Shown here piece by piece: positions 45,793 to 57,294 of a stretch of DNA of 64,000 bases. The position numbers and the translations under genes are program-made. The notes under the pieces are model-generated. The model was not told where the DNA came from, did no database searches, and was given only the letters and a program-made list of their open reading frames with translations. Source of the DNA: Octopus sinensis (taxonomy: Eukaryota); contig NW_021831849.1 in the NCBI RefSeq assembly GCF_006345805.1, positions 1 to 64,000 on the forward strand. The letters run 5' to 3'. How positions within the stretch are numbered: position 1 is the stretch's first letter; every line of letters starts with the position of its first letter.

Positions 45793-46325
45793 CAGGGTTC
45801 TCAACCTTTTTAGCTCAGGGCCAAATCGATAATTAAGATAGCTTCGCGGGCCGCACAAAAATTTTTATATATTTTATATTTTCCATTTTACTAAATATTG
45901 ATTCGCATAAATATGTAGATTCATATTGCATTGTGTGTTATATTTTGAATTTGTTTTGAGGAATTAATTCGTAAAAATTAATAATGGCGCATTTTTGAAC
46001 AATGCCGCCAGTTTCTATCATGTTGTAAATTAATGAGTTCTAGTGAAACTTTGCAGGCGCATCCTTAATTTCCACGCTGAATGGAGTTGCGAATATTTCA
46101 TCAAAGGAAGGAATTCTTTAAAATTCTAAAAATTAAATTTATATAAATGTACCCCAAACGTGCTTCAAATTGATAATGAAATCACCAATATGGATATTAA
46201 CCTTAAGAATGAAAATTAATTTAAACATTATTAAAAAAATTACAAAAGTTAGTTACTCTAGAGGGGCCGCAAACAAAATCCTGGGGGCCACATGCGGCCC
46301 CGGGGGCCGCATTTGAGAACCGCTG
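45793..46325. mobile_element. hAT-family MITE inserted in the Helitron Rep region
   Basis: TIRs CAGGGTTCTCAA / CAGCGGTTCTCAA; 8-bp TSD TCTTAGAT (45785-45792, 46326-46333); splits EEYIHL|RDAI. Confidence 0.92.
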
Positions 46326-47475
46326 TCTTAGATGTATATACTCTTCTGCTCTCAGTTTCCGCTGATTCAACCGAATGTAGAGAAGTCTCTCTGCCTCTAT
46401 TTTCGCATACATATCTACAATAAACTGATTAAATAACTGGCCTGTACGATGTAGAATGTTGAATTCCTGCTCTCTTATCATCAACCTATAAGAATAAAAT
46501 TCCATACAACTGGTTTTTTTAGTAGTAGTTAAACCAGTCGACGGATTAAAATGCATTACCTTAAAATTGTACCCATCCTCTCCTCTCGGAAATAATAATG
46601 GGTACTGAAGTGCATCATATGACCGATGTGTCTCTGAAATTCTCATTAATCCAGTGGATCTCTTGTTTATTATTATGTCTCTCGAGTCATAGTGTTGACA
46701 CCTACTATTAGAATTCCAACCTGGTTTGACGTTGGTGCGTTGTATCGACGGTTATGTTCATTTGCAGGTGTCCTATCCACTGCATTAAACACCTTACAAT
46801 CTCATCTGCTGTGGATCTCAGAACAGATCTAAAAGATGAAATATACGTGTTGCACATTTGCAACATATTTTGTAACGAACTAATAATGTTGCCTCGTAGT
46901 CTTGAATCTGCTAGACATCTTCGGTTAGATTGTTCTTCGTGATTATCTATAAAGTAAATTTGTAAAAATTTAAAATCCTCGCCTTCACTTGGAAGGAGTG
47001 AACCCATCCTGTGATACACTGCCTTGCCCAAGTATAAATGTGGGCATATAGCCCGTCGGATTGAAATTTCCACTTGTACCAAAAGATGTCATCTGAAAAA
47101 CATTATTGTACCTGCGAATATTATCAACGAAGTGCCTAGATGATGGTGTATCATTCCTCAACAGTGTTAAAAGAGGCTCAGGAGGCGGGTCTAAAACTGG
47201 TAAACGTACCTTTCCGCGACTGCAGCACATCCGATAGTTTCCCCCTTAAATTTCATAGCTAAACAAAAAGTACATATCTCCGTTAAAGCACCTATATTAC
47301 CTAAATCACTATAGTCAGTGTGTATATTATAACTAAATCCTACGTTTACCAAAGATATATAATTATATAACCTACTATTCCGTCGTGAAACGCGATGACG
47401 ATTTTCAGCATTATGCTCATTCTGGGTTTGTTGGTTCTTTCTTTCTGTATTTCTTCTTGTGTTTGATTCAGTCGA

Positions 47476-48097
47476 TGTTCCCTCTGGTCTTCGGGCTCCT
47501 GGTCCCGTCTAACAGCAGTCCTGACCTTGTCCAGCTTTGTCTAAGTTCCCTCTGGTCTTCAGGCTCCTGGTCCCGTCTAACAGCAGTCCTGACCCTATCC
47601 AGCTGTTGTCTAAGTTCCCTCTGGTCTTCGGGCTCCTGTTCCCGTCTAACAGCAGTCCTGACCTTGTCCAGCTGTTGTCTAAGTTCCCTCTGGTCTTCAG
47701 GCTCCTGGTCCAGTCTAACAGCAGTCCTGACCCTATCCAGCTGTTGTCTAAGTTCCCTCTGGTCTCCGGGCTCCTGTTCCCGTCTAACAGCAGTCCTGAC
47801 CCTATTCAGCTGTTGTCTAAGTTCCCTCTGGTTTTCGGGCTCCTGCTCCCTTCTAATCCCAGTCCTGACCTTGTCCCGCTGTTGTCTAAGTTCCCTCTGG
47901 TCTTGGGGCTCCTGGTCCCGTCTAGCAGCAGTCCTGACCTTGTCCAGCTGTTGTCTAAGTTCCCTCTGGTCTTCGGGCTGCTGGTCCCGTCTAGCAGCAG
48001 TCCTGACCTTGTCCAGCTGTTGTCTAAGTTCCCTCTGGTCTTCGGGCTCCTGGTCCCGTCTAACAGCAGTCCTGACCCTGTCCAGCTGTTGTCGAAC
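47476..48097 (-). repeat. 69-bp coding tandem repeat x9 (23-aa unit RQQLDRVRTAVRRDQEPEDQREL) in the Helitron N-terminus
   Basis: Read directly from ORF 47468-48271; the ninth unit has a 1-nt deletion. Confidence 0.92.
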
Positions 48098-49130
48098 TTC
48101 CTTTTGATTCTGTGTCTCTTCAGACCTTTTCCTAGCCATTCTCAACCTATTTTTTTCTCGTCTAAATTTTGCCATTTCAGAACTCTCATTTGACCTCTTA
48201 ACTGGCATTCTAATTCGCTTACTTAAACTAACGCATATATCATCGTGACTATAGTGTCTTGAATTAGCCAAATCTACATTTATTAATTTACGTTTTGCGC
48301 TATATAGATCATCTAAAACCTGTGTATTTCCAGAATATTCTATGTTCGTTAATCTGGAATCTGTTTCGACGTACTATAAAATAATTTACAGTTCATGTAT
48401 TAATACCTTTCTAACATTCGGGTTTTCATTTAGACGATTTGGAAGATTAACTTCTGTAATGCTTGATACACTGGCATTACCTCCACCTAGACCTACCTTA
48501 CCTACACTGCCTACGCCTATATTAACTACACCTACATCATCTACACCTACACAAACTACATTTACCGCCTCACCATTTAAGCACATTTCATCTTTATTAC
48601 TCCCCCCAATCTCCCCTCGTTTCTCTTTTTTTGTTATATGGTCCATTTTCTCTTGTTGTTAACATTCTCAGATCTCTCTTGATAGGACATTCTTATGATT
48701 TTGTAAACGCGAATCAGTAATTTATATTAAATTTCTACGTAAATTTATTTAGTGAAATTTATGTAAAGTGTATTATCCAATCAAAGCCATTATACTTAAT
48801 TGCCTCTATGTTTAAAGGAATTGAAACTTTAGCATAATCGAACTTGTCTGTTTCGGTGAAGAAAATGATAATCAGCCTCATCTTTGGGTATTATACAGAA
48901 AAAAATTAAAGCCTGTTAAATCAAGGAGATTTAAATATAGGCAAATTGAAATTTACATGGCTAATTTGAATTTTATTTGCCTCTATCTTTTAAGGAATCT
49001 AAACAGTAGCATAATCGAATTTGTCAGTTTCGGCAGTTAAAAAGATAATGAGCCTCATCTTTGTGGAAAAACATCTAAGCCCGTCAAAGTAATCTGAATA
49101 AAGGCAAATGTAATTTAGATGACTAATTTA

Positions 49131-51528
49131 TTGAATAAAGGTAAATGTAATTTAGATGACTAATTTGAATTTTAATTGGCTCTATCTTTTAAGGCATTTA
49201 AACATTAGCATTATCGACTTTGTTAAATTGCATAAATTCATTTTAAATTTCTAAATTATTTGACTGGAAGGGATTATATATTTAATGGTATGCAATTCTA
49301 TTCAGATTGCCTCTTTTGGCTGGAAGGGATTATATATTAATTTGCTATGCAATTCTATTCAAATTGCCTCTAACATAAACAGGCCTTAAAGCTTTTTTTA
49401 AATTGAACATGTAAATTTTGGCGATCGAAAACAGTAATTAGCTTCATCTTTTGTGTATTATAAGGAAGAAGAGTACAGATAGTCAATTCAAGGTAATTTA
49501 TAAATGGCAATTTGTAATTTAGATGTCTAATATGAACGAATATCATTAAAAAAATATTTTAGAAAAAATACGTTATTAAATTTTTAAAGTACAAAATTGG
49601 TTTTCTTTATTGTTGTTCATTTTTTTATCTGTTTGCATTGTTTTCATTTGATTTTAAGTTTTGCATTTTTTAATGTTTTTTGGTATATATAATTTTTTGT
49701 GCATTTTTTAATTCTTTTTCCTTTTTAGTTTCATTGCAATATATTTTGGATTAATTTTCGTTTGTTTGCATTATCTGTATTTTTCTGTAATTATTGTTTC
49801 TGAGACTTTAGGAAACACACACACGCACAAACACACACTCACAAAAACACACTCACAAACACACACTCACAGACTCAGAAACACACACACAGAAACACAC
49901 AGGCGTATAGACTTTGTTTTTTGTTTTCATATTTGTTTTATAAATTTGTTTTTTTATTGTGATTTTTTATTTTGTATTTCTATTGTGTTTTTTTCTTTTT
50001 ATAGTGTTTTATTTTTCTCTTTGGATTTTTCGATTTTATATCATTTTTTAATTTTTTTAATTTTTCTTTAATTTTTTTATTTTTCTTTATTATTTTTTAT
50101 TTTTGTTTAATTTTTTTAATTTTTCTTTAATTTTGTTTATTTTCTTTATTATTTTTTATTTTTGTTTAATTTTGTTTAATTTTTCTTTAATTTGTATTTT
50201 TTTAAATTTTTTAATTTTTCTTATATTTTTTTATTATTCTTTATTTTTCTTTAAATTTTCTTTAATTTTTTTTGTATTTCTTTAATTTTTTTCTTTATTT
50301 TTTTATTTTTTTCTTTATTTTTTTATTTTTTTAATTTTCATCATTTTTTTGATTTGTATTTCTTTATTTTTCTTTAAATTTTCTTTAATTTTTTTTGTAT
50401 TCTTTTTTAATTTTTTTCTTTATTTTTTTTTTTTTTTTTTCTTTATTTTTTTATTTTTTTAATTTTCATCATTTTTTTGATTTGTATTTCTTTATTTTTC
50501 TTTAAATTTTCTTTAATTTTTTTTGTATTTCTTTAATGTTTTTTATTTTTTTTTAATTTTCATCATTTTTTTGATTTGTATTTTCTTCTATTTTTGTAGG
50601 GGGGATGGGGGGAGTATTTTTGATTTTTGAGCTTAAAAAACAAATTAAATTAGAATCAACAGTCACATAACACACCGAGTAGTTATTTAACAGATTTAAG
50701 AACGATAAGATAGATAATTAAAACAGGCATACCCAAATAAATTTAAAGTTAACGCAAAAACAGAAATAAATAGTTAATATTTCTACGCGTTTTCGCATAA
50801 ATGTCTTGTCAATAGATAATCAATTATGTAAATCTTTATTAAAATTTGCTTTTTACTTTTTAATTTAAAGATTAGCATACTTGAGGTTGTCAGTTTCGGC
50901 GATTAAAAAGATAATAAGCCACTTTTTTGAGATATTATAAGGAAAGATTTGAATAAAGGTAAATGTAATTTAGATGACTAATTTGAATTTTAATTGGCTC
51001 TATCTTTTAAGGCATTTAAACATTAGCATTATAGACCTTGTTAAATTGCATAAATTCATTATTAAATTTCTAAATTATTTGACTGGAAGGGATTATATAT
51101 TTAATTGGTATGCAATTCTATTCAGATTGCCTCTTTTGGCTGGAAGGGATTATATATTAAATTTGCTATGCAATTCTATTCAAATTGCCTCTAACATAAA
51201 CAGGCCTTAAAGCTTTTTTTAAATTGAACATGTAAATTTTGGCGATCGAAAACAGTAATTAGCTTCATCTTTTGTGTATTATAAGGAAGAAGAGTACAGA
51301 TAGTCAATTCAAGGTAATTATAAATGGCAATTTGTAATTTAGATGTCTAATATGAACGAATATCATTAAAAAAATTTTTTAGAAAAAATACGTTATTAAA
51401 TTTTTAAAGTACAAAATTGGTTTTCTTTATTGTTGTTCATTTTTATCTGTTTGCATTGTTTTCATTTGATTTTAAGTTTTGCATTTTTTAATGTATTTTG
51501 GTATATATAATTTTTTGTGCATTTTTAA
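49131..51528. repeat. ~580-bp direct repeat pair (49131-49710, 50949-51528) flanking a CA microsatellite and T-rich low-complexity DNA
   Basis: Near-identical blocks starting TTGAATAAAGGTAAATGTAATTTAGATGAC; CA-rich run 49806-49900; T-rich repeats 49910-50600. Confidence 0.85.
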
Positions 51529-51592
51529 GTCGAGGACTTTCTTGTAGTTCATTTTAACAAAAACGCAGAAAATAATTTTGTTTAATTTTTTG

Positions 51593-52250
51593 GCTCGAAG
51601 GGTTTGGGGGACCACACCATGTGAGTCGAGGACTTTCTTATTGTTCATTTTAACAAAAACGCAGAAAATAATTTGTTTTAATTTTTTGACTTGAAGGTTT
51701 TGGGGGACCTCATCATCGAGGATATTCTTTCTTATTAAAATTTTTTGACAGGACGGTTCTTAGAGGATATCAACCTTTTATTGTGCCTCATTATCGAATA
51801 ACTACAAAAGGGAAGGTTTTGACAATTTGATCTGGTTTGTAACAATTTGAATGTGGGTGTGCACAGACAGACAGACACACAGACAGACACACACCATACC
51901 ATTTTATTATTAAGAGCTCGAAGTTTTGGGGGACCACACCATGTGAGTCGAGGACTTTCTTATTGTTCATTTTAACAAAAACGCAGAAAATAATTTGTTT
52001 TTAATTTTTTGACTTGAAGGTTTTGGGGGACCTCATCGTCGAGGATATTCTTCTTATTAAAATTTTTTGACAGGAAGGTTCTTAGAGGATATCAACCTTT
52101 TATTGTGCCTCATTATCGAATAACTACAAAAGGGAAGGTTTTGACAATTTGATCTGGTTTGTAACAATTTGAATGTGGGTGGTGCACAGACAGACAGACA
52201 GACACACAGACAGACAGACAGACACACACCATACCATTTTATTATTAAGA
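51593..52250. repeat. Tandem duplication of the Helitron 5'-terminal ~325 bp
   Basis: Both units end in CAGAC...ACACACCATACCATTTTATTATTAAGA (at 51915 and 52250). Confidence 0.85.
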
Positions 52251-53160
52251 TTTTCTTCAATTTCCAGAAGCCGCCAACTTGTCAGAGAGGTTCTACTCCC
52301 CTTCAACGAACTCTCTCTGGAGTTGCCGACTGCTGACTTCCTGGAATTCTGGATCAATTCCAACCTTCAGATCCCTTCTGAGATGTCCAGACAGAGGGAT
52401 TGGGACGAGATCTGGCCAGCACACTCGTTCTCCACGCTTCAACCGGCCTTGTACCAACACCGCCAAGCCTGCCTGCTTTCTACAGCACACGAGCATAGTG
52501 GTTCTTGGCTCGACGCTTACCCAACGTCATCGACGGGTTCCCTATTAGACAACGAAACACTGCGTATCGGGGTCGCTCTTCGGCTGGGGCTCGATGTCTG
52601 CGCCCCTCATCCCTGTCGATGCGGTGGTACGGTGGACGTGAAAGGCCTCCACCCCCTCTCCTGCCGCCGGAGCGCAGGCCGCTCGCCTCGCCATGGAGCA
52701 ATCAACGACGTAATTTCAAGAGCTCTCAACGCTGCTGGCTTCCCCAACGTGCTTGAACCAGCCGGATTGGACAGAGGGGACGGCAAACGCCCGGACGGGA
52801 TGACCACTTTCTAATTCCGGAATGGCAATTGCCTGATCTGAGACGCCACGTGCGCAGACACGTGGTCCCCATCCGCTCTACTGTCATCTGCTCCTTCTTC
52901 CGGCTCGGCCGCGGCCCTGGAGGAAGCCCGCAAAGTAGAAAAGTACAAGAATCTTGCCACTCGGCATTCCATCGTGCCTGTGGCTTTTGAGACATCAGGC
53001 GCTTCCGGTCCGCTGACCTCATGCTTCTTAAAAGACCTCGGAATCCTCATTGCTCGGAAGAAGATGGATGCTCGCGAGTCCTCTTGGTTGAGGCAGAGGA
53101 TCTCGCTTGCAATCGTGCGCGGAAACGCGCAAGCAATCCGTTCGGCTGGGCTATAACCCC
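52251..53160 (+). mobile_element. CRE-like 3' portion (CCHC plus REL), least degenerate copy
   Basis: SGSWLDAYP...LRIGVALRLG...CRCGGTVDVKGLHPLSCRRSAG...GDGKRPDG; VPVAFETSG; QRISLAIVRGNAQ. Confidence 0.9.
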
Positions 53161-53449
53161 TCCTAATTATTAGTAACATATTTATTCGATTTAATTGTTT
53201 TAATATAGAGTTTAAACTGAAAAAAATGTTATTTTCTTTGTTCTTTTTGATTTGATATCAGAATACAATTCGAAACAATTTAAAGTTCATTTGAATTGCG
53301 TTAATATTAGTATAGTCTTGACTCAAGACTCTTAAGTATAATACTTTTCATATTATTCAACATTTTAAACGCATCTTTATGATTTAGGTGTTTTTTCTTC
53401 AAAAATACCACATATTTGTTTCTCATGTTCATCTTTTAAACGTAGTATA

Positions 53450-54247
53450 GTGGTTGTTGTGGTGTATATGTCAGTTTTCAAGAGTGAAAATAAGGCAACA
53501 ATAAAGACAGAAAACGAGCATTTATCATATAAAAACAAGTTTGGAGGCAACATTACTGTTGTGCTTAAAGTCAATAACCCCTCGATGGGATCTATTAATA
53601 TTTTTAACACGCTATGCAACATGAAATCGATCAAGAAGGCACGAGTTTCTCGCCGACAGTCAGGAGAGTTTCTACTGAATTTCAAAGTCGAAAAAGATGT
53701 GGAAAACTTTCAAATTGAATTAGAAGAAAGCAAACCTTTTGGAGAGGGAGGCCAGTCTCTCAAAAATAAGAAATTCGGGCCAGTGGCAATAATTCTAAAA
53801 AATGTCCCAACTTGGATCGAAATTGAGGAACTCGAAGACTTCCTGAAGGGCAAAGTGAAAGGAAAAATGACTCTCGAACATTTTGAGAAAAGGGGAGTGA
53901 GACTCCCTATCATTAAATTGGTAACTTCTGATCATGGAGAAGCTCAATCGCTTGTACGATTGGGGCTAAAGATTGGCTTTTCGAATGTAAAGGCCGAGTG
54001 GTACAGAAAACCGGAAGTCCAGTGCTATCGATGCCAAGGGTTTGGCCACATAGCACGCTTCTGTAAAAATCAGGAGAAATGTCTATTTTGTTCAGGTACA
54101 CATGCTGGAACAGATTGCAAGGACTCTAACATGAAAAAATGTGTCAACTGCGGTTCTTCGAGCCACTTGGCAAATTATCGGGGCTGTGAGAAAGCTAAAG
54201 AAGCTTCAAAGCTGAAAAATGATAAAATTCTGTTCAGAAACTGTTAA
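53450..54247 (+). CDS. LINE ORF1 gag-like protein with three CCHC knuckles (frameshifted near its end)
   Basis: CYRCQGFGHIARFC, CLFCSGTHAGTDC and CVNCGSSSHLANYRGC; the inverted sister copy reads on through KNDKILVQKLL. Confidence 0.85.
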   Translation: MVVVVYMSVFKSENKATIKTENEHLSYKNKFGGNITVVLKVNNPSMGSINIFNTLCNMKSIKKARVSRRQSGEFLLNFKVEKDVENFQIELEESKPFGEGGQSLKNKKFGPVAIILKNVPTWIEIEELEDFLKGKVKGKMTLEHFEKRGVRLPIIKLVTSDHGEAQSLVRLGLKIGFSNVKAEWYRKPEVQCYRCQGFGHIARFCKNQEKCLFCSGTHAGTDCKDSNMKKCVNCGSSSHLANYRGCEKAKEASKLKNDKILFRNC

Positions 54248-54568
54248 AAGAAGCTTCGGAGAATGCTAAAATCAACCAAACAGACATAAAAAATTTACCC
54301 TTGAAGCCATGGGCGGGATGGAACGTTCCAAGAGTTAGGAAAACAGTTGAAGTTGGAACACAGACAGAGGAAACGACTATATCTCACTCGGCGGTGCAGA
54401 CTTTGTCGACTTCAAGCTGGGTCAATGACGGGTCGACCTCGAGCTGATTAATTAGTGAGCTCGAAAGGTCTATTAAGGACGTGACCAGAACTAAAAAAGA
54501 TGCCAAGCTTTTACTCGGTTTGGTGGCTCTCCTAAAAGAGGGAAGCAGCCAACAAAATAAATCAAACA

Positions 54569-57100
54569 GTGACCAGGATTACCCTGGTTAATGCCCGCTC
54601 TCTTCGAAAGCGGGCAGCAGAGCTGATAGCTCTTATCAGCACAGTTCAGATGGATGTATTTATCATTAACGAGACGAAAATGAAGAAGTCTGGAAGTATC
54701 ACTATTCCTGGATACAGCTCGATTGATATTCCTTGGCATCCTGGTGCTAACGCCGGCACAGGAACATCAATATTTTACAAAAAGTCTATTGACATTCGGA
54801 ATCCAAGAATAATTGAACAGAATGTATGTGAATTAGCATCCATTGATTTAAAAACTTCTATTGGATGGATAACCGTTGGAGGTATATATACTCCAAAAGG
54901 TTGAAAGATTATTCGTCGATTGTCAAAAATTTTATGGAAGGAAATGAAAATCCAATTCTTGTTGGAGACTTAAATGCGAAGCATTTTGCATATGGGTGCG
55001 TGAAGTCAAATCAGGATGGAAATTGTTTACTTGAGATCAAAAAAACCTCAAATTTTCAAATTTTAACGTCTGAAGAGCTTAACCACTTTCAGCAGCAAGG
55101 TGGTGATCGATTAGGATTGTTTATTGTTGCAAATGCCTTAAGTGGTTTGTGTGACCGGCCTTATGTTGAAAATGATGTTGGGAGTGACCATCTTCCGCAA
55201 ACGATGAAACTACGAACGGGAGCAGTTCTCACTGAGGATGTATTTCTTGGTTATAATATCAGCAACATTAATTGGAATCATTTCAATTTTTATATGTCTA
55301 TGAAATTGGCAAATACTCAAGAATTGAAAATACTAAATCTTGACGAGATCAATTATTTGGATGAAAGAATAAGGAACATTATTCGAAATTATCTGGAGGA
55401 CTATGGAAAAAAGAGGTTTCTCTTCTCGTACAAAAATCGATTGATAAATGAAGAGCAATCCGAACTACTTCGTGAAAAAAGGAACTTGGAAAGTAAACTA
55501 TCTTCCTCAAACAAAGAATAAAATCGATTAAAAACTTATCAGAGGAATTATCTAAGGATATAGTAGAGGAGAGCTGGAAAAAAGAATGCTCTAAACTCTC
55601 TCATAAAAATCCGAATTTTTGGAAACTTTTCTCAAAGATGAGTTCTGATAAAAAGGGTGGAGAGATAAAACTCAAGTCCAGTGATGGCAATCTGATTCCA
55701 AGAGAGGAGGTACCTGAGAAGTTAAAAGAGCAGCTAGCTAAGATTCAAGAAGTGGACCCTTTGTCTATGATTTCTCAGACTATACAAAATGAGACGTGTA
55801 TTTGGGAGTTACTATCGCTTACGGAGGGGCCATTATGTGGAGCTATTTCTATGGAAGAAATCAAATCAGCAATACACGGATGTAAAAATAAATCCCCTGG
55901 TTGGGACTAAATACCGATGATTATCTTCAAAAAGGCGGGAATGCCTTTGTTATATGAACTATGGAAGCTATTTAACTCTTCGTGGAGTATTGGACATGTT
56001 CCCCAAGCATGGAAGAGGACAATTGTTCGCATGATCCCGAAGAAGGAAAACCGAGTTCGGATCCTGCAAATTACAGACCAATCAGCCTCATATGTTCTAT
56101 CTCAAAAATCATGGAAAAAATTGTCTTTAAAAGACTATCAACTTATATTGAAGATAAACAGTATCTCTTGAAAGATCAATGGGTTTTCGGCGGAACAAGG
56201 GCACTGGAAATTGCTTTTCACTGTTAAAGGAGGCCATATCTACAGCACAAAGGAAAAAAGAGTATCTTACGGCTGCATGTCTAGACATATCAAAAGCATT
56301 TGATAGCGTCTGGCATGCCGGGCTATTACGAACTTTATACAATTTTAGCGTTGGAAAGACAGCCCTAGTTTGGATGAAGAGTTTCCTCTCGGAAAGAGAA
56401 TCGTTTGTACGGGTCGGTAACCAATTATCGAAGAGAATTTTGCTTAAGTGAGGAGTTCCGCAGGGATCTGTCATCAGTCCACTTTTATTTAACTGTGTGA
56501 TGTGCGACATCCCTCAAGTGGATCTCCCTAGCATGGAGATGGTCATCTACGCAGATGATATTTAATTATGGATTTCTCTATGAGCAAGTCAATATCGTGG
56601 AAAAGAACCCACAGTCATATCGAAAAAATTGGCAAATGGTGCCAGGATAAAGGCTTGTCTTTATCTTTTGAAAAAAGCACTGTTTGCTGGATTGGTAAAG
56701 GAGAAGGAAACCTGATGTTTGTATTAACACCGGAGCGATAAAACCCGTGGATGATCTTAAATACCTCGGAATAGTTGTGGATGCAACTGGTTCATTCAAG
56801 ATGTATATAAGGAAGAGAAAGAACAAGGCTACCCAAATGTTGAAAGCTCTGATGCGATTCCAGCTGAAACCGGAAACGTTCTTATACGTATACTCTGCGT
56901 GTATAGAACCCTTCCTGATCTATGGATCTCAAGGATGGTTCGGAAGCTGCGAAGGAAAGAAACATATTGATCTTTTGGAGAAAACGCGGAGATATGCCAT
57001 TAAACTGGCACATGGCTTGGACTTAAAATCCAAACTAACCCCAGAGCTGGAGGGATCGGTACGATCCATTGAAAAACTGTTGCATCACTTAAATAAATAG
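54569..57100 (+). pseudogene. LINE ORF2 (APE endonuclease plus RT), multiple frameshifts/stops
   Basis: ITLVNARSL, INET, VGDLNAKH, GSDHLP, KSPGWD, LDISKAFDSV, GVPQGSVISP, IYADD and YLGIVVD. Confidence 0.9.
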
Positions 57101-57294
57101 TGGTGCAAGGGGTCGTTATTTTTATCGAAGGGACATCTGGTGTCCATTAGAATTGACCCCAATCAGCAAACAAACTTGTTTCTTCCGTCAGCCTTGGTTT
57201 CGTTTGGCTCTTCTCTCCCCTTTTAATCTAGTGACGAGTTTGTTACATAGAAAATAAACATTTCAATTCAATTTCAATTCAATTTTAAACGTAG

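Larger units (their letters stand above)
42716..48646 (-). pseudogene. Helitron Rep/helicase coding sequence, fragmented
   Basis: MCCSRGKVRL, SYDALQYPLLFPRGEDG, QFIVDMYAKIEAERL, NVEFCNSIRSIKYVCKYINKG, IVWDECTM, GDFRQTLP and [22 protein letters not shown]; split by frameshifts and a MITE. Confidence 0.92.
42587..52250 (-). mobile_element. Full-extent Helitron (9.66 kb), Rep-Pif1 helicase ORF disrupted
   Basis: Minus-strand 5' A|TCTTAATAAT at 52250 followed by a (TGTC)n microsatellite; 3' hairpin then CTAG|T at 42590-42587; inserted between A and T. Confidence 0.88.
53446..57282 (+). mobile_element. Full-length I/Jockey-group LINE (gag-like ORF1; APE-RT ORF2), disrupted
   Basis: 12-bp direct repeat TTTTAAACGTAG at 53434-53445 and 57283-57294; tail AATAAACA followed by (TTCAA)n-like repeats. 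Confidence 0.9.

Noticed and set aside
47476-48097. CRISPR-like array
   Set aside because: Contiguous tandem units with no unique spacers, no cas genes, eukaryotic context.
47385-48193. Plus-strand ORFs of 240 and 218 aa (Ser/Leu-rich repeats)
   Set aside because: Antisense frames of the 69-bp Helitron coding repeat; open only because the unit lacks stops.
49766-50285. F/L/I-rich ORFs as membrane proteins
   Set aside because: Products of T-rich low-complexity and CA microsatellite DNA in the Helitron leader.
52057-52363. ORFs with VCLSVCLSV or RQTDRHTD repeats
   Set aside because: Translations of the (CAGA)n microsatellite at the Helitron 5' end.
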